Below are positions 19,641 through 39,067 of a stretch of DNA of 56,622 nucleotides, piece by piece. Source of the stretch: Smithella sp. (lineage in GTDB: Bacteria; Desulfobacterota; Syntrophia; Syntrophales; Smithellaceae). A program made the translations under genes and the position numbers. The stretch covers positions 1 through 56,622 of the forward strand of contig JAAZOZ010000424.1 of NCBI GenBank assembly GCA_012797505.1, in the 5' to 3' direction. How positions within the stretch are numbered: position 1 is the stretch's first letter; each line of letters opens with the position of its first letter. Under the pieces are notes generated by a model. That model was not told where the DNA came from. It worked only from the letters and a program-made list of their open reading frames with translations, and ran no database searches.

Positions 19641-20006
19641 TTAAAATTTAAGGCCGCTTTCCCGTGCCGCATCGGCCAGGGCTTTTACGCGTCCATGATA
19701 GAGAAACCGTCCTCTGTCAAAAACGACTTTCTCCACTCCCAGCGTCTGCAGGCGCGCCGCAATCAGCTTGCCCACCTCCCGGGCAACATCCACTTTCTTG
19801 ATCCCCTTGTGCTTTCCGGCCAACTCCCTGCTCAGCGTGGAAGCCGTCGCAATCGTTGTGCCCTGCGCGTCGTTGATCACCTGTGCATAAATGTGTTTGT
19901 CCGACCGGAAAACCGAAAGGCGGGGCCGCTCCGCGGTTCCCGTCAGTTTGCCCCTGACTCTCTTTTCCCTTTTTGCTCTTACTTTAAGCGTCTTTTTGGA
20001 AGCCAA
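19641..20006 (-). CDS. rplR: 50S ribosomal protein L18
   Basis: Contains ...[23 protein letters not shown]...[21 protein letters not shown]. Confidence 0.95.
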   Translation of the reverse strand: MASKKTLKVRAKREKRVRGKLTGTAERPRLSVFRSDKHIYAQVINDAQGTTIATASTLSRELAGKHKGIKKVDVAREVGKLIAARLQTLGVEKVVFDRGRFLYHGRVKALADAARESGLKF

Positions 20007-20042
20007 TGTTCCACCTCTTTTTTGCTGTGTTTCCCGAAACGA

Positions 20043-20585
20043 TTATTTAGCGCCTGCCGCCTTGCCGGCCTTCCGGCGAATATGCTCACCGGCGTATTTA
20101 ATGCCTTTCCCCTTATAGGGCTCCGGCTTCTTCAACGAGCGGATCTCCGACGCGACGCGGCCCACCAGCTCTTTGTCGATTCCGGATACAACGAGGTTGA
20201 CCTGCTTGTCGATCCTGACCTCAATGCCTTTGGGAATGCTGTATTCAACCGGGCTGGAAAATCCCAGGACCAGTTTCAGGTTCGAACCCGCAAGCTCCGC
20301 GCGGTAGCCGACGCCCGAGATTTCCAGTCCCTTCTCAAAACCGGCGCTGACGCCGGTCACCATGTTGTTGACCAGCGTTCTCGCCAGCCCATGATAGGAC
20401 CGTGCCAGACGATCATCGGATTTTCGCTCAATGATCAGCTGATTTTCCTCCATCGTCATCGCAATGCCGTCCGGCAATTTTGAAGACAAGGTTCCCTTGG
20501 GCCCCTCCACTTTCACGATATTGCCGTTCTGGCTGATCTTCACATTTTTCGGAAACGCAATTGGTTTCTTGCCTATTCTCGACAT
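20043..20585 (-). CDS. rplF: 50S ribosomal protein L6
   Basis: Begins MSRIGKKPIAFPKNVKISQNGNIVKVEGPKG.... Confidence 0.95.
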   Translation of the reverse strand: MSRIGKKPIAFPKNVKISQNGNIVKVEGPKGTLSSKLPDGIAMTMEENQLIIERKSDDRLARSYHGLARTLVNNMVTGVSAGFEKGLEISGVGYRAELAGSNLKLVLGFSSPVEYSIPKGIEVRIDKQVNLVVSGIDKELVGRVASEIRSLKKPEPYKGKGIKYAGEHIRRKAGKAAGAK

Positions 20586-20619
20586 GAATCAGAACTCCCG
20601 TCTACCCTCTGGAATTGAA

Positions 20620-21021
20620 CTACCAAACCTTGCAAAGCACTTCACCGCCGACATTCGACTCTCTGGCTTCCTGGTCGGTCATGATGCCGCGGGACGTGGA
20701 AAGAATCGAAATGCCGAAGCCGTTGAGCACCTTGGGAATCTTGTCGGCCGAAACGTACACCCGACGGCCGGGTTTGCTGACCCTTTGAATATCGGTAATG
20801 ACCGTATGTTTGGCATCCGGATATTTGAGCGTAATCTTGAGCATTGCACGGCCGCTTTCATCCTTCACGGCCTCATAATTATGGATATATCCGGCCGCTT
20901 TCAGGACTTTGGCAATATTCATATTCATCTGCGACATGTAAACGCTGACATTCTTGAAGCGGGCTTTATTCCCGTTGCGTATCCGGGTCAGCATATCGGC
21001 AATAGGATCCGTCATCCCCAT
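20620..21021 (-). CDS. rpsH: 30S ribosomal protein S8
   Basis: Begins MGMTDPIADMLTRIRNGNKARF.... Confidence 0.95.
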   Translation of the reverse strand: MGMTDPIADMLTRIRNGNKARFKNVSVYMSQMNMNIAKVLKAAGYIHNYEAVKDESGRAMLKITLKYPDAKHTVITDIQRVSKPGRRVYVSADKIPKVLNGFGISILSTSRGIMTDQEARESNVGGEVLCKVW

Positions 21022-21043
21022 GCTTATTCTCCTTACACGATGG

Positions 21044-21229
21044 TTACCAACTTGATTTGATCACGCCGGGGAGCTCGCCCTGCAGGGACAGCTTTCTCAG
21101 GCAGATTCTGCACATTTCGAATTTTCTATAATACGCCCGGGGCCGCCCGCAAATCTGACAGCGGTTGTATTCCCGAACCGCAAATTTCGGTTTCCTTTTT
21201 GCCTTTGCGATTAATGACTTTTTTGCCAC
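21044..21229 (-). CDS. rpsZ: 30S ribosomal protein S14, type Z (Zn-binding, 61 aa)
   Basis: Contains ...[28 protein letters not shown].... Confidence 0.95.
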   Translation of the reverse strand: MAKKSLIAKAKRKPKFAVREYNRCQICGRPRAYYRKFEMCRICLRKLSLQGELPGVIKSSW

Positions 21230-21256
21230 GCTACAATTCCTCCGGAGCTTCCTGGT

Positions 21257-21796
21257 TTAATTCTTAAAGGGAACGCCCATCAGGCGGAGCAGAACGCGGG
21301 CTTCTTCGTCCGTCCGGGCCGACGTCACGATGGTAATGTTCATCCCCTTGATCTTTTCGATTTTGTCATACTCGATTTCCGGGAAAATAATCTGCTCGTG
21401 AAGGCCGATGGAATAGTTGCCCCGGCCGTCAAAGGCGCTGGCCGATATGCCCCGAAAATCGCGGACTTTCGGCAGGGCGACGTTCACCAGCCGATCGAAA
21501 AACTCGTACATCACGTCTTTCCTCAGCGTCACCGAACAGCCGATCGGCATGCCCTGGCGGAGCTTGAAGGTCGCGATGGATTTTTTTGCTTTGGTGACCA
21601 CCGGCTTCTGGCCCGTGATCATCGCCATTTCCTGCACGGCGCCGTCAATGATTTTCACGTTGGAGATGGCCTCGCCCAGACCCATATTGACGACAATCTT
21701 CTCCATTTTCGGAACCTGCATGGGATTCTTGTAGTCGAATTCCCTGACCAGAGCCGGCACTACGGTTTTCAAATAATATTCCTTTAATCTTGCCAT
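21257..21796 (-). CDS. rplE: 50S ribosomal protein L5
   Basis: Begins [29 protein letters not shown].... Confidence 0.95.
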   Translation of the reverse strand: MARLKEYYLKTVVPALVREFDYKNPMQVPKMEKIVVNMGLGEAISNVKIIDGAVQEMAMITGQKPVVTKAKKSIATFKLRQGMPIGCSVTLRKDVMYEFFDRLVNVALPKVRDFRGISASAFDGRGNYSIGLHEQIIFPEIEYDKIEKIKGMNITIVTSARTDEEARVLLRLMGVPFKN

Positions 21797-21801
21797 TTTC
21801 C

Positions 21802-22125
21802 CTAACCTACATCGATGACGTCATTGCATTTGCTGCAGATCCGAATTTTCTTGCCGTCCTCGAGAATGCGGTTCCGAATCCGGGTCGCTTCCTTGCATTT
21901 GCCGCAAATAATGCTGACCTTGGAGACATCCATCGCCGCCTCTTTTTCCAGGACGCCGCCCTTGCTTTTTTGATCAGGCCTTTTATGTCTCTTGATCACA
22001 TTGATCTTTTCGACGATCACTTTGTTTTTGCCGGGTATCGCTTTCAGAATCTTGCCGGTTTTTCCTTTGTCCTTGCCGGCCAGAACTTTCACCAAATCCC
22101 CTTTTTTCAATCTGCCTAAACTCAT
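21802..22125 (-). CDS. rplX: 50S ribosomal protein L24 (with C-terminal CxxC...CxxC)
   Basis: The ATG at 22125 has a GAGGGG SD and gives [26 protein letters not shown].... The tracked ORF starts at an upstream TTG. Confidence 0.92.
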   Translation of the reverse strand: MSLGRLKKGDLVKVLAGKDKGKTGKILKAIPGKNKVIVEKINVIKRHKRPDQKSKGGVLEKEAAMDVSKVSIICGKCKEATRIRNRILEDGKKIRICSKCNDVIDVG

Positions 22126-22147
22126 TTTTCCCCTCTTCAAAACCGGC

Positions 22148-22516
22148 TTATAAAACCTCTGGCGCCAGAGAGATGATTTTCATAAACTGTTTTGCTCTCA
22201 ATTCGCGGGCGACCGGCCCAAAAATTCTGGTGCCGATGGGCTCCATCTGATTGCTGATGAGAACGGCCGAATTGTCGTCAAACTTGAGATACGAGCCGTC
22301 GGGACGCCTCACTTCCTTGACGGTGCGGACGATGACCGCTTTCATGACATCGCCTTTTTTGACTTTGGAATTCGGGATCGCCTCTTTCACCGCCACGACA
22401 ATGACATCCCCCAGAGAAGCGAAGCGCCGCTTCGATCCGCCAAGCACTTTAATGCACGCGACCCGCTTGGCGCCGGAATTGTCGGCAACATTTAAAATGG
22501 TCTGCATCTGAATCAT
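22148..22516 (-). CDS. rplN: 50S ribosomal protein L14
   Basis: Begins [28 protein letters not shown].... Confidence 0.95.
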   Translation of the reverse strand: MIQMQTILNVADNSGAKRVACIKVLGGSKRRFASLGDVIVVAVKEAIPNSKVKKGDVMKAVIVRTVKEVRRPDGSYLKFDDNSAVLISNQMEPIGTRIFGPVARELRAKQFMKIISLAPEVL

Positions 22517-22564
22517 AAATCAACTCCACCCTCACAACGGGCCTGCATGGGCCAAGCCAGGTTT

Positions 22565-22822
22565 CTATTTTGCTTTCTCCAAAACTTCCAGCATCCGCCA
22601 GCGCTTGTCGCGACTGATCGGCCGCGACTCAATGATGATGACGGTGTCTCCGGTGCGGCACTGGTTTTGCTCATCATGGGCCTTGTATTTCACATGCCGG
22701 CGGACATATTTGTGAAACACCGGGTGCTTCACCAGCCGTTCGGCTTTCACCACAATGGTTTTGTCCATTTTATCACTGACGACCACGCCCTTAATGGTGC
22801 GTTTGTTGCTTTTTTCAGCCAT
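22565..22822 (-). CDS. rpsQ: 30S ribosomal protein S17
   Basis: Contains ...[32 protein letters not shown].... Confidence 0.95.
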   Translation of the reverse strand: MAEKSNKRTIKGVVVSDKMDKTIVVKAERLVKHPVFHKYVRRHVKYKAHDEQNQCRTGDTVIIIESRPISRDKRWRMLEVLEKAK

Positions 22823-22823
22823 A

Positions 22824-23018
22824 TTATCCTGCGGCCTCCTTTTCCTTCATCACCGTCTTGATGCGGGCAATGTCCCTGCGGAGGCGGCCCAGGCTGGCGG
22901 TCGATTCCAGCTGGCCCCCGGCATGCCGAATCTTCAACCGAAACAGTTCTTCCGCCAACTCACCTTTTTTTGTCTGAAGCTCGGCCACACCGAGACCTCT
23001 GATTTCGCTAATTTTCAT
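22824..23018 (-). CDS. rpmC: 50S ribosomal protein L29
   Basis: 64 aa, [29 protein letters not shown].... Confidence 0.93.
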   Translation of the reverse strand: MKISEIRGLGVAELQTKKGELAEELFRLKIRHAGGQLESTASLGRLRRDIARIKTVMKEKEAAG

Positions 23019-23430
23019 CGGATATTTCCCTTGAACAAAACTTGGTCGAAATGGCCAGTTTATGCGACGCCAGACGAAACGCTTCCCTGGCCACTTCCTT
23101 GGTTACGCCTTCCATCTCGTACAGCACGGATCCCGGCTTCACGACCGCCACCCATCCTTCCGGCGCTCCCTTGCCTTTGCCCATGCGGGTTTCAGCGGGC
23201 TTTTTCGTAATGGATTTGTGCGGGAACACGCGAATCCAGATCTTGCCGCCGCGCTTCACATAACGGGTCATCGCAACGCGGGCCGCTTCGATCTGGCGCG
23301 CCGAAACCCATCCGCATTCCGCCGCCTGCAATCCGTAGTCGCCAAAGGCAATGGAGCCTCCCCGAATCGCTTTGCCGCCCATGCGACCTTTCTGCAATTT
23401 TCTGTATTTTACCCGTTTTGGCATCAACAT
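23008..23430 (-). CDS. rplP: 50S ribosomal protein L16
   Basis: Begins [21 protein letters not shown].... Confidence 0.95.
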   Translation of the reverse strand: MLMPKRVKYRKLQKGRMGGKAIRGGSIAFGDYGLQAAECGWVSARQIEAARVAMTRYVKRGGKIWIRVFPHKSITKKPAETRMGKGKGAPEGWVAVVKPGSVLYEMEGVTKEVAREAFRLASHKLAISTKFCSREISDEN

Positions 23431-23469
23431 AATCTACAACTCCCGTTCCTCTTCTGCCCCCCGTCGGGG

Positions 23470-24117
23470 TCAGGACTGTCTCTCGTTCTTCTGGGGCAAA
23501 ACTTCACCGTGAAAAATCAAAACTTTGACGCCGACCAATCCGTAGGCGGTATGCGCTTCGATAAAGCCGTAGTCGATATCGGCCCGCAGCGTATGCAGGG
23601 GAACCCTGCCTTCACGGTACCATTCCGCGCGGGCGATTTCAGCGCCCCCCAGCCGTCCGGAACAGCTGATTTTGATGCCTTTGGCGCCGAACTTCAGCGC
23701 GTAGCCGACGCACTTTTTCATGGCGCGGCGGAAGGCAACCCGTCGTTCCAGCTGCATGGCGACATTTTCGGCCACCAGCTGCGCATCCGTTTCCGGCTTG
23801 CGGACTTCCAGAATATTGATGATAATTTCCGCATGCGAAAATTTTTCAATTTCCGCTTTCAGCTTTTCAATTTCCGATCCCTTCTTGCCGATGATCACTC
23901 CCGGTCGGGCGGCGTAAATATTCACCTTGGCCTTGTTGGCCGCGCGTTCAATCTCGATGCGGGAGATGCCGGCATGATAGAGCTTTTTCTTGAGGTACTT
24001 CCGGATCTTCAAGTCCTCAAGCAGCATGCCGCTGTAATTTTTTTCGGCAAACCATACGGACTGCCACTTTTTGATGTAGCCCAACCGTAATCCTACCGGG
24101 TTAACCTTCTGACCCAA
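23470..24117 (-). CDS. rpsC: 30S ribosomal protein S3
   Basis: Begins [24 protein letters not shown].... Confidence 0.95.
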   Translation of the reverse strand: MGQKVNPVGLRLGYIKKWQSVWFAEKNYSGMLLEDLKIRKYLKKKLYHAGISRIEIERAANKAKVNIYAARPGVIIGKKGSEIEKLKAEIEKFSHAEIIINILEVRKPETDAQLVAENVAMQLERRVAFRRAMKKCVGYALKFGAKGIKISCSGRLGGAEIARAEWYREGRVPLHTLRADIDYGFIEAHTAYGLVGVKVLIFHGEVLPQKNERQS

Positions 24118-24129
24118 TATCGTTCCTCC

Positions 24130-24462
24130 TTACCTTTCATCCACGACCACGGTGATGTGGGACGTTCTTTTCCTGATTCCCGCCGCTCTTCCCTGCGCCC
24201 GGGCCCGCCACCGTTTCAAGGACGGCCCCTGGTCCACAAAGATCTCCTTCACGTAAAGCGTGTTCTCGTCAATATTCGGATTCTGGGCCGCGTTGGCGAC
24301 CGCCGATTTGAGCACCTTGGCCACGATTCCCGCCGAATATTTTCGCGTGTACAGCAGGATATTGCGGGCCTCCTGAACTTTCTTGCCCCGCACCAGGTCA
24401 ACCACCAGCCGAACTTTCTGCGGCGACATCCGGATATATTTTGCGACTGCTTTTGCTTCCAT
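24130..24462 (-). CDS. rplV: 50S ribosomal protein L22
   Basis: Begins [27 protein letters not shown].... Confidence 0.95.
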   Translation of the reverse strand: MEAKAVAKYIRMSPQKVRLVVDLVRGKKVQEARNILLYTRKYSAGIVAKVLKSAVANAAQNPNIDENTLYVKEIFVDQGPSLKRWRARAQGRAAGIRKRTSHITVVVDER

Positions 24463-24501
24463 ATCTCATCCACTCCAAACCCGTCCGCCTGCGCGAACGC
24501 C

Positions 24502-24783
24502 CTACTTCTTCACCTTGGTTTTCCGGTCGCCGGAATGGGAATAAAACGTCCTCGTCGGCGCGAATTCGCCCATTTTATGGCCCACCATGTTTTCCGTCAC
24601 GTACACCGGAATGAATTTTTTCCCGTTGTGCACGGCAAACGTGTAGCCGATCAGTTCGGGGGTAATGGTTGAACGCCGCGACCAAGTCTTAATCACATTC
24701 TTGCTGCTTTCAGCCTCCATTTTCCGGACTTTGGTCAGCAAACTTTCTTCAATATAAGGACCTTTTTTGATCGAACGTGCCAC
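24502..24783 (-). CDS. rpsS: 30S ribosomal protein S19
   Basis: Begins [16 protein letters not shown]...[13 protein letters not shown]. Confidence 0.95.
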   Translation of the reverse strand: MARSIKKGPYIEESLLTKVRKMEAESSKNVIKTWSRRSTITPELIGYTFAVHNGKKFIPVYVTENMVGHKMGEFAPTRTFYSHSGDRKTKVKK

Positions 24784-24786
24784 GTT

Positions 24787-25611
24787 TTATTTCCCTCTTC
24801 TTTTCACAATATATTTATCGGTTTTCTTGTTTTTCCGGGTTTTGTGTCCCTTGGTCGGAACGCCCCAGGGGGTGCAGGGATGACGGCCGCCGGATGACCG
24901 GCCTTCGCCGCCGCCCATCGGATGATCCACGGGGTTCATGACGACGCCGCGGACGTGGGGACGCTTGCCCAGCCATCGGGTGCGGCCCGCCTTGCCGATG
25001 CTCACGTTTTCATGCTCGTTGTTTCCCACCTGGCCGATGGTCGCCATGCATTCGATGAAGACCTTGCGGACTTCGCCGGACGGAAGCCGCACCTGAGCGT
25101 AACTGCCTTCCTTGGCCATCAGCTGGCCGTAGGCGCCCGCCGAGCGGATCAACTGTCCGCCGCGTCCGACCTTCAATTCCACATTGTGGATCAGCGAGCC
25201 CAGGGGGATGTATTTCAGCGGGATGGCATTTCCCGGTTTGATGTCCGCTTTCTCTCCGCTCACCAGCACATCGCCGACATGGATCTGCGCCGGGGCCACA
25301 ATGTATCTTTTTTCGCCGTCGCGGTAATTCAAAAGAGCGATCCGGGCCGATCGGTTCGGGTCGTACTCAATGGCCGCCACTTTGGCCGGAATGTCCGCCT
25401 TGTTGCGGCAAAAATCGATCATCCGGTACTTGCGCTTGTGGCCGCCGCCGATATGGCGCGCCGTGATCCGCCCGTAACTGTTGCGCCCGCCGGTTCTCTT
25501 GATCGGCTTCAAAAGGCTTTTGACGGGCTCGGTGGAGGTGATCTCCGCAAAATCAGAAACGCTCTGGAACCTCCTGCCCGGCGATGTCGGTTTGTATTTG
25601 ATGATTGCCAT
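24787..25611 (-). CDS. rplB: 50S ribosomal protein L2
   Basis: Begins [16 protein letters not shown]...[18 protein letters not shown]. Confidence 0.95.
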   Translation of the reverse strand: MAIIKYKPTSPGRRFQSVSDFAEITSTEPVKSLLKPIKRTGGRNSYGRITARHIGGGHKRKYRMIDFCRNKADIPAKVAAIEYDPNRSARIALLNYRDGEKRYIVAPAQIHVGDVLVSGEKADIKPGNAIPLKYIPLGSLIHNVELKVGRGGQLIRSAGAYGQLMAKEGSYAQVRLPSGEVRKVFIECMATIGQVGNNEHENVSIGKAGRTRWLGKRPHVRGVVMNPVDHPMGGGEGRSSGGRHPCTPWGVPTKGHKTRKNKKTDKYIVKRRGK

Positions 25612-25632
25612 GTGCTTAGTCCTTCACTCGTT

Positions 25633-25920
25633 CTATACGCCTTCGGCGACTTCAATGCGGCTGCCTTCGGCCAGCGTCACGATTGCCTTTTTCCAGTCGC
25701 TTTTCTTCCCCATCACGCGGCCCATGCGTTTCTTCTTGCCCAGCACATGAATCACGCGGACCTCCGTCACTTTTACCTTGAATAATTTTTCCACCGCCTG
25801 GCCGATTTCCACCTTGTTGGCCCGGCGATCGACTTCGAAGTGGTATTTATTTGCCGCCTCACGGTCGAGGTTGCTCTTTTCCGTGAGGAGCATTTTCCGG
25901 ATCACCTGATGCAGTTCCAT
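25633..25920 (-). CDS. rplW: 50S ribosomal protein L23
   Basis: 95 aa, ...YHFEVDRRANKVEIGQAVEKLFKVKV.... Confidence 0.93.
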   Translation of the reverse strand: MELHQVIRKMLLTEKSNLDREAANKYHFEVDRRANKVEIGQAVEKLFKVKVTEVRVIHVLGKKKRMGRVMGKKSDWKKAIVTLAEGSRIEVAEGV

Positions 25921-26543
25921 TATGCCAGCAATGCCCCCTCGATCTTTTTTATGGAGGGTTCAAGAAGGACCAGATGCTCATAATTGAGCACATCATAGAC
26001 ATTGATGCCTTCCGACCGAATCATTTTCACATTTTTGATGTTTCGTGATGATTTCATCAAAACAACATTATCCTGATCAATCACAAAAAGCGCTTTTTTC
26101 AGGCCGAAGAGATCCACCACTTTCTGAAACGCCCTGGTGCTGATTGCTTCCATCGGAAAATCGCGCAGAATGGTCATCTTTTCTTCTTTCACTTTCATGC
26201 TCAACGCCGAGATCAGCGCATTTTTGCGGACTTTTTTCGGGACGCTGTAAGCGTAATCGCGCGGCTGCGGACCAAACACAATCCCGCCGCCTCTCCAGAT
26301 CGGCGAGCGCGACGTTCCCGCGCGGGCGCGGCCGGTGCCCTTTTGACGCCAGGGCTTCTTTCCGCCGCCGCTCACTTCGTTTCTTCCCTTGGTGGCAGAG
26401 GTGCCCGAGCGCCGCGATGCCCGCTGCATCTTGACGACCTCATAGATCGTTGCTTCGTTGATGTCCGCGCCGAAAACCGCGTCATTCAATTCGACCTCGG
26501 CAACCTTCTTTTTTTCAATATCAAAAACATCTGCGACTGCCAT
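25920..26543 (-). CDS. rplD: 50S ribosomal protein L4
   Basis: Contains ...GGGKKPWRQKGTGRARAGTSRSPIWRGGG.... Confidence 0.95.
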   Translation of the reverse strand: MAVADVFDIEKKKVAEVELNDAVFGADINEATIYEVVKMQRASRRSGTSATKGRNEVSGGGKKPWRQKGTGRARAGTSRSPIWRGGGIVFGPQPRDYAYSVPKKVRKNALISALSMKVKEEKMTILRDFPMEAISTRAFQKVVDLFGLKKALFVIDQDNVVLMKSSRNIKNVKMIRSEGINVYDVLNYEHLVLLEPSIKKIEGALLA

Positions 26544-26561
26544 GTTGACAACTCCACTGTC

Positions 26562-27200
26562 TTACGCGCTTTTTTTCCTGGCCTGCGAAATGAACACATA
26601 GCCGTTTTTCCCGCCGGGGACGGAACCTTTCAACAACAACAAATTGCGGTCGGAGCGCACCTGCCAGACCTGAAGGTTTTGAACGGTTTTCCGGACGTTT
26701 CCCATCTGGCCGCCCATTTTGGTTCCCTTGAAGACCCGGGACGGATCCGCGCTGGCGCCGATGGAACCGGGGGCCCGATGAAACATGGAGCCGTGCGTCG
26801 CCCGGCCGCCGCCGAATCCGTGCCGCTTCACAACCCCTTGAAATCCTTTGCCTTTGGAAGTGCCCACCACATCGACAAAACCGCCTGCCTGGAAGATGTC
26901 CGCTGAGATTTCCTGCCCGACTTCGTACGCGCCGGCCGCAACGGGAACTTCCCTTAAAACACGAAAGTATCCTTTATTGGCCTTATTCAGATGGCCCTGC
27001 AGCGGCTTCGTGACATTCTTCTGCTTGATCCGGCCGTAGGCGATTTGAACCGCGTCGTAGCCGTCCTTTTCTCTGGTCTTCACCTGAACGACCACCGACG
27101 GCTCGACCTCAATCGCCGTCACGCCGACCGCGGCGCCGTCTTCGGCAAATACCTGCGTCATCCCCAATTTTTTTCCAAGAATTCCCTTGTTCATCATCAT
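26562..27200 (-). CDS. rplC: 50S ribosomal protein L3
   Basis: Begins MMMNKGILGKKLGMTQVF.... There are three tandem ATGs at 27192-27200, so the start is uncertain by +/-6 nt. The tracked ORF begins at an upstream TTG (27260). Confidence 0.92.
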   Translation of the reverse strand: MMMNKGILGKKLGMTQVFAEDGAAVGVTAIEVEPSVVVQVKTREKDGYDAVQIAYGRIKQKNVTKPLQGHLNKANKGYFRVLREVPVAAGAYEVGQEISADIFQAGGFVDVVGTSKGKGFQGVVKRHGFGGGRATHGSMFHRAPGSIGASADPSRVFKGTKMGGQMGNVRKTVQNLQVWQVRSDRNLLLLKGSVPGGKNGYVFISQARKKSA

Positions 27201-27290
27201 CCAACTTTTCAATGAAATAAAGCCGCGAACCTCAACGTTTTGGAAAAATGGCAATCCCAAAGGCCACTTTCCACCGCCTTTATTTTCCGC

Positions 27291-27599
27291 CTACGCTTTT
27301 ATCTCGACATCCACTCCCGCCGATAGATCCAGCTTCATCAGCGCATCCACCGTGGCTTGCGTCGGCTCGACAATATCAATCAATCTTTTATGTGTGCGAA
27401 TTTCGAACTGCTCCCGGGATTTCTTATCCACGTGCGGTGAACGATTGACACAATATTTATTGATTTCCGTAGGAAGAGGAATGGGACCGGCGACGCGAGC
27501 GCCGGTCCTCTTTGCAGTCTCTACAATTTCTTCGACAGAACGGTCCAGCAGTTTGTAGTCGTAAGCTTTGAGACGAATTCTTATCTTCTGTTCTTTCAT
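27291..27599 (-). CDS. rpsJ: 30S ribosomal protein S10
   Basis: Begins [21 protein letters not shown].... Confidence 0.95.
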   Translation of the reverse strand: MKEQKIRIRLKAYDYKLLDRSVEEIVETAKRTGARVAGPIPLPTEINKYCVNRSPHVDKKSREQFEIRTHKRLIDIVEPTQATVDALMKLDLSAGVDVEIKA

Positions 27600-27620
27600 G
27601 GATCGGTTACCCTGCCATTT

Positions 27621-28814
27621 CTACGCAATGACCTTGCTTACGACACCCGCGCCTACGGTCCTGCCGCCTTCGCGGATCGCGAATCGCAGCTGTTCTTCCA
27701 TGGCGATGGGCATAATCAGTTCGACCGTCATTTTAACGTTGTCGCCGGGCATGACCATCTCCACGCCTTCGGGCAGCGTCGCGACGCCCGTCACGTCGGT
27801 TGTCCGGAAATAAAACTGCGGACGATACCCGGAAAAGAACGGCGTATGCCGGCCGCCTTCTTCCTTCGTCAGGACGTAAACCGCCGCTTCAAATTTGGTG
27901 TGGGGCGTAATCGAAGCGGGTTTGGCCACGACCTGCCCTCGTTCCACTTCTTCACGCTTGATGCCGCGCAGCAGCAACCCGACGTCGTCGCCCGCCCGGC
28001 CTTCGTCCAGGGTTTTGCGGAACATTTCCACGCCCGTCACAACCGTTTTGATCGTGGGACGAATGCCGATGATTTCAACTTCTTCACCCACCTTGATGAT
28101 CCCGCGGTCCACACGGCCCGTCACAACGGTGCCGCGGCCGGAAATGGTGAAAACGTCGCCGACCGGCATCAGGAACGGTTTATCGGTGTCGCGCTTCGGC
28201 TCGGGAATGTACTCATCCACCGCTTTCATCAGTTCTTCGATGCATTTCACATCGGGAGACGCCATATCCTCGGCTTCCAACGCTTTGAGCGCCGAACCGC
28301 GGATGATGGGAATCGCGTCACCCGGGAATTCATACTGACTCAGGAGTTCTCTCAATTCGAGTTCAACCAGATCCAACAATTCGGGATCATCAACCAGATC
28401 CACTTTATTCAGGAAAACGACGACGTAGGGAACCTGCACCTGACGGGCAAGGAGGATGTGCTCGCGGGTCTGCGGCATCGGACCATCGGAGGCGGCTACC
28501 ACCAGGATCGTTCCGTCCATGTGGGCGGCGCCGGAAATCATATTTTTGATATAGTCGGCGTGGCCGGGGCAATCCACGTGCGCGTAATGTCTTTTTTCCG
28601 TTTCATACTCCACGTGGGAAATGTTGATGGTAACGCCGCGTTCCTTTTCTTCCGGAGCATTGTCAATCGAATCAAAAGCCCGGAATTCCGCGAAGCCTTT
28701 TTTCGCCAGATATTTGGTAATGGCGGCCGTCAACGTCGTCTTGCCGTGATCCACGTGACCGATGGTCCCTATATTTAAATGCGGCTTTGTCCTTTCAAAT
28801 TTTTTCTTTGCCAT
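27621..28814 (-). CDS. tuf: Elongation factor Tu
   Basis: 397 aa, [28 protein letters not shown]..., with DCPGH and NKVD motifs. Confidence 0.97.
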   Translation of the reverse strand: MAKKKFERTKPHLNIGTIGHVDHGKTTLTAAITKYLAKKGFAEFRAFDSIDNAPEEKERGVTINISHVEYETEKRHYAHVDCPGHADYIKNMISGAAHMDGTILVVAASDGPMPQTREHILLARQVQVPYVVVFLNKVDLVDDPELLDLVELELRELLSQYEFPGDAIPIIRGSALKALEAEDMASPDVKCIEELMKAVDEYIPEPKRDTDKPFLMPVGDVFTISGRGTVVTGRVDRGIIKVGEEVEIIGIRPTIKTVVTGVEMFRKTLDEGRAGDDVGLLLRGIKREEVERGQVVAKPASITPHTKFEAAVYVLTKEEGGRHTPFFSGYRPQFYFRTTDVTGVATLPEGVEMVMPGDNVKMTVELIMPIAMEEQLRFAIREGGRTVGAGVVSKVIA

Positions 28815-28871
28815 CTCACCTTTCCTCCTTAACTTTGAATGGTTGGTTTCCTTGTCGTTTGATGAATTTCT

Positions 28872-29342
28872 TTAAAATTTATAATGCGCAAAGGCCTTGT
28901 TGGCCTCCGCCATTTTATGCACCGCTTCTCTCTTCTTGATGGCGCCGCCCCGATTGTTGGCCGCGTCGATGAGCTCCGCCGCCAGCTTTTCCCGCATGGT
29001 TTTCTCGGTGCGCTCCTGCGCGTTGGAGATCAGCCAGCGAATCGCCAGCGCCGTGCGCCGGGCGGGAACGACTTCCGTCGGCACCTGATACGTGGATCCG
29101 CCCACCCGCCTTGATTTGACTTCAATCACCGGTTTGACGTTATTGACGGCTTTCTCGAAAAACTCCACCGGCTGTTCCTTGACGCGCTTTTCAATAATGT
29201 CAAAAGCACCGTATAGAATGCTTTCCGCGACGCTTTTCTTTCCCCGTTTGAGCAAAGAGTTCACAAACTTGGCAACCAGTTTGTTGTTATATTTGGGATC
29301 CGGCAGAATCTCCCTTTTTTCAATTTCTCTTCTTCGTGGCAT
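28872..29342 (-). CDS. rpsG: 30S ribosomal protein S7
   Basis: Begins [20 protein letters not shown].... Confidence 0.95.
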   Translation of the reverse strand: MPRRREIEKREILPDPKYNNKLVAKFVNSLLKRGKKSVAESILYGAFDIIEKRVKEQPVEFFEKAVNNVKPVIEVKSRRVGGSTYQVPTEVVPARRTALAIRWLISNAQERTEKTMREKLAAELIDAANNRGGAIKKREAVHKMAEANKAFAHYKF

Positions 29343-29360
29343 GTTTTTTCAGTCCTTTAT

Positions 29361-29732
29361 CTAACTGGGCTTTTTCGCACCGTATTTTGATCGACTTTGC
29401 TTGCGGTCGGCAACGCCGACGGCATCCAGCGTACCGCGAACAATATGATAGCGAACGCCGGGCAAATCCTTGACCCGGCCGCCGCGAACCAGAACCACCG
29501 AGTGCTCCTGCAGATTGTGGCCGATGCCGGGAATATAGGATGAAACCTCATAGCCGCTCGTCAGGCGAACCCTGGCCACCTTGCGCAAAGCGGAATTCGG
29601 CTTCTTGGGCGTCGTCGTATAGACCCTCACGCATACCCCGCGGCGCTGCGGCGATCCGGCCAGAGCCGGGGCGTTTGTTTTTCTCTTGATCTGGGTTCTG
29701 CCTTTGCGAACCAGTTGGCTAATTGTCGGCAT
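29361..29732 (-). CDS. rpsL: 30S ribosomal protein S12
   Basis: Begins [12 protein letters not shown]...[16 protein letters not shown]. Confidence 0.96.
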   Translation of the reverse strand: MPTISQLVRKGRTQIKRKTNAPALAGSPQRRGVCVRVYTTTPKKPNSALRKVARVRLTSGYEVSSYIPGIGHNLQEHSVVLVRGGRVKDLPGVRYHIVRGTLDAVGVADRKQSRSKYGAKKPS

Positions 29733-29783
29733 TTCTCCTCCCGAACGTTTTTCTGCATTTTGCTGGCAGCAGCAAATCTGTGG

Positions 29784-29812
29784 TTGCTATCAATTCAGGA
29801 TGCTTCTGTCAA
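29784..29812 (-). promoter_or_regulatory. Candidate sigma70-type promoter in the rpoC-rpsL spacer
   Basis: The minus strand reads TTGACA-N17-TAGCAA. A perfect hairpin TTTGCTG-CTGC-CAGCAAA (29759-29776) follows in the rpsL leader. Confidence 0.35.
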
Positions 29813-29837
29813 GCAATTTCTTGCCTTTTGGACTCAT

Positions 29838-33932
<4,095 letters not shown>

Positions 33933-33969
33933 AGATTTTTCTCCTGTTTTTTAAAACAAAATTGCGGGG

Positions 33970-38085
<4,116 letters not shown>

Positions 38086-38121
38086 GGTATCCTTGAATTC
38101 AATGGTGGAGTGAAAATTACC

Positions 38122-38514
38122 TTATTTAATCTCGACCGTTCCGCCGACTTCCTCGATCTTCTTCTTGATTTCGGCGGCTTCCTCTTTGGAAACGGCTTCT
38201 TTAATCGGTTTGGGCACGCCTTCCACCAGATCTTTGGCTTCTTTCAGGCCCAGGCCGGTGATGGCGCGAACGACTTTGATGACCTGAATCTTCTCCGCGC
38301 CGAATCCCGTCAGAACGGCGTTGAACTCCGTCTTTTCTTCCGCTGCAGGCGCGGCGCCCGCGGCCTGGCCGGGCATCGCCACGGCGGCCATCATGGGAGC
38401 GGCGGCGGACACGCCGAATTTTTCTTCCAGTTCCTTCACCAGATTGGAAAGCTCCAGCACGGTCATGTTTTCAATAAATTTAACGACATCTTCTTTCGTG
38501 ATTTGATCAGCCAT
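38122..38514 (-). CDS. rplL: 50S ribosomal protein L7/L12
   Basis: 130 aa with an Ala-rich hinge and a C-terminal ...[21 protein letters not shown].... Confidence 0.95.
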   Translation of the reverse strand: MADQITKEDVVKFIENMTVLELSNLVKELEEKFGVSAAAPMMAAVAMPGQAAGAAPAAEEKTEFNAVLTGFGAEKIQVIKVVRAITGLGLKEAKDLVEGVPKPIKEAVSKEEAAEIKKKIEEVGGTVEIK

Positions 38515-38539
38515 TTTTCTATTCCTCTTTCGTATGGTT

Positions 38540-39067
38540 TTATGAGTTTAACGTTTGCTTTTTCTCGCTGTAGGCATGGAGCACCTGCACAAAGCTTCGG
38601 GGCACCGCGCTCAAAACCGTAACCAGCGATGTCGGCACCGCCGCCATGACCGAAACCAGTTTGCCCAGAAGAACTTCTCTGCCGGGCAAATCGGCCAGCG
38701 CGGTAAGTTCCGCTTTCGTCAGCATCTTGCCGTCCAGCACGCCGACTTTGATATCCAGTTCAGGATTTTTTTTGGCAAATTCCATCAGCGCCTTCGTCGG
38801 CGCCACCGGATCTTTATAGCTCAAAACAACGGCGATGGGATATTTGAAATGATCCGCCAGAACAGCAAAGCCGGTTTCTTTCGAAGCAATGCCCAGCAGG
38901 GTGTTTTTGACAACCTTCAGCTCCGCATCGTTTTTTCGCAATGCATTCCGCAGGGCTTCCATTTTTTCAACGTTCATGGCGTTGAAACTGGTCAAGACAC
39001 CCAGATGGGCCTTTTTGAGCTTTTCCTGAAGCTCGGATACAATTTGTTCCTTTGTTCTCCGATCCAA
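38540..39067 (-). CDS. rplJ: 50S ribosomal protein L10
   Basis: 175 aa, upstream of rplL. Confidence 0.93.
   Translation of the reverse strand: MDRRTKEQIVSELQEKLKKAHLGVLTSFNAMNVEKMEALRNALRKNDAELKVVKNTLLGIASKETGFAVLADHFKYPIAVVLSYKDPVAPTKALMEFAKKNPELDIKVGVLDGKMLTKAELTALADLPGREVLLGKLVSVMAAVPTSLVTVLSAVPRSFVQVLHAYSEKKQTLNS

Noticed and set aside
21802-22125. A CxxC...CxxC zinc-ribbon-like motif in ribosomal protein L24 ([30 protein letters not shown]). S14, L33, L36 and S4 are also the Zn-binding forms.
   Set aside because: The same Cys pattern exists in Thermus L24 as I recall. C+ forms of these proteins are a well-described alternative state, not a novelty. No C- paralogs are present in the window to suggest a zinc-sparing switch.
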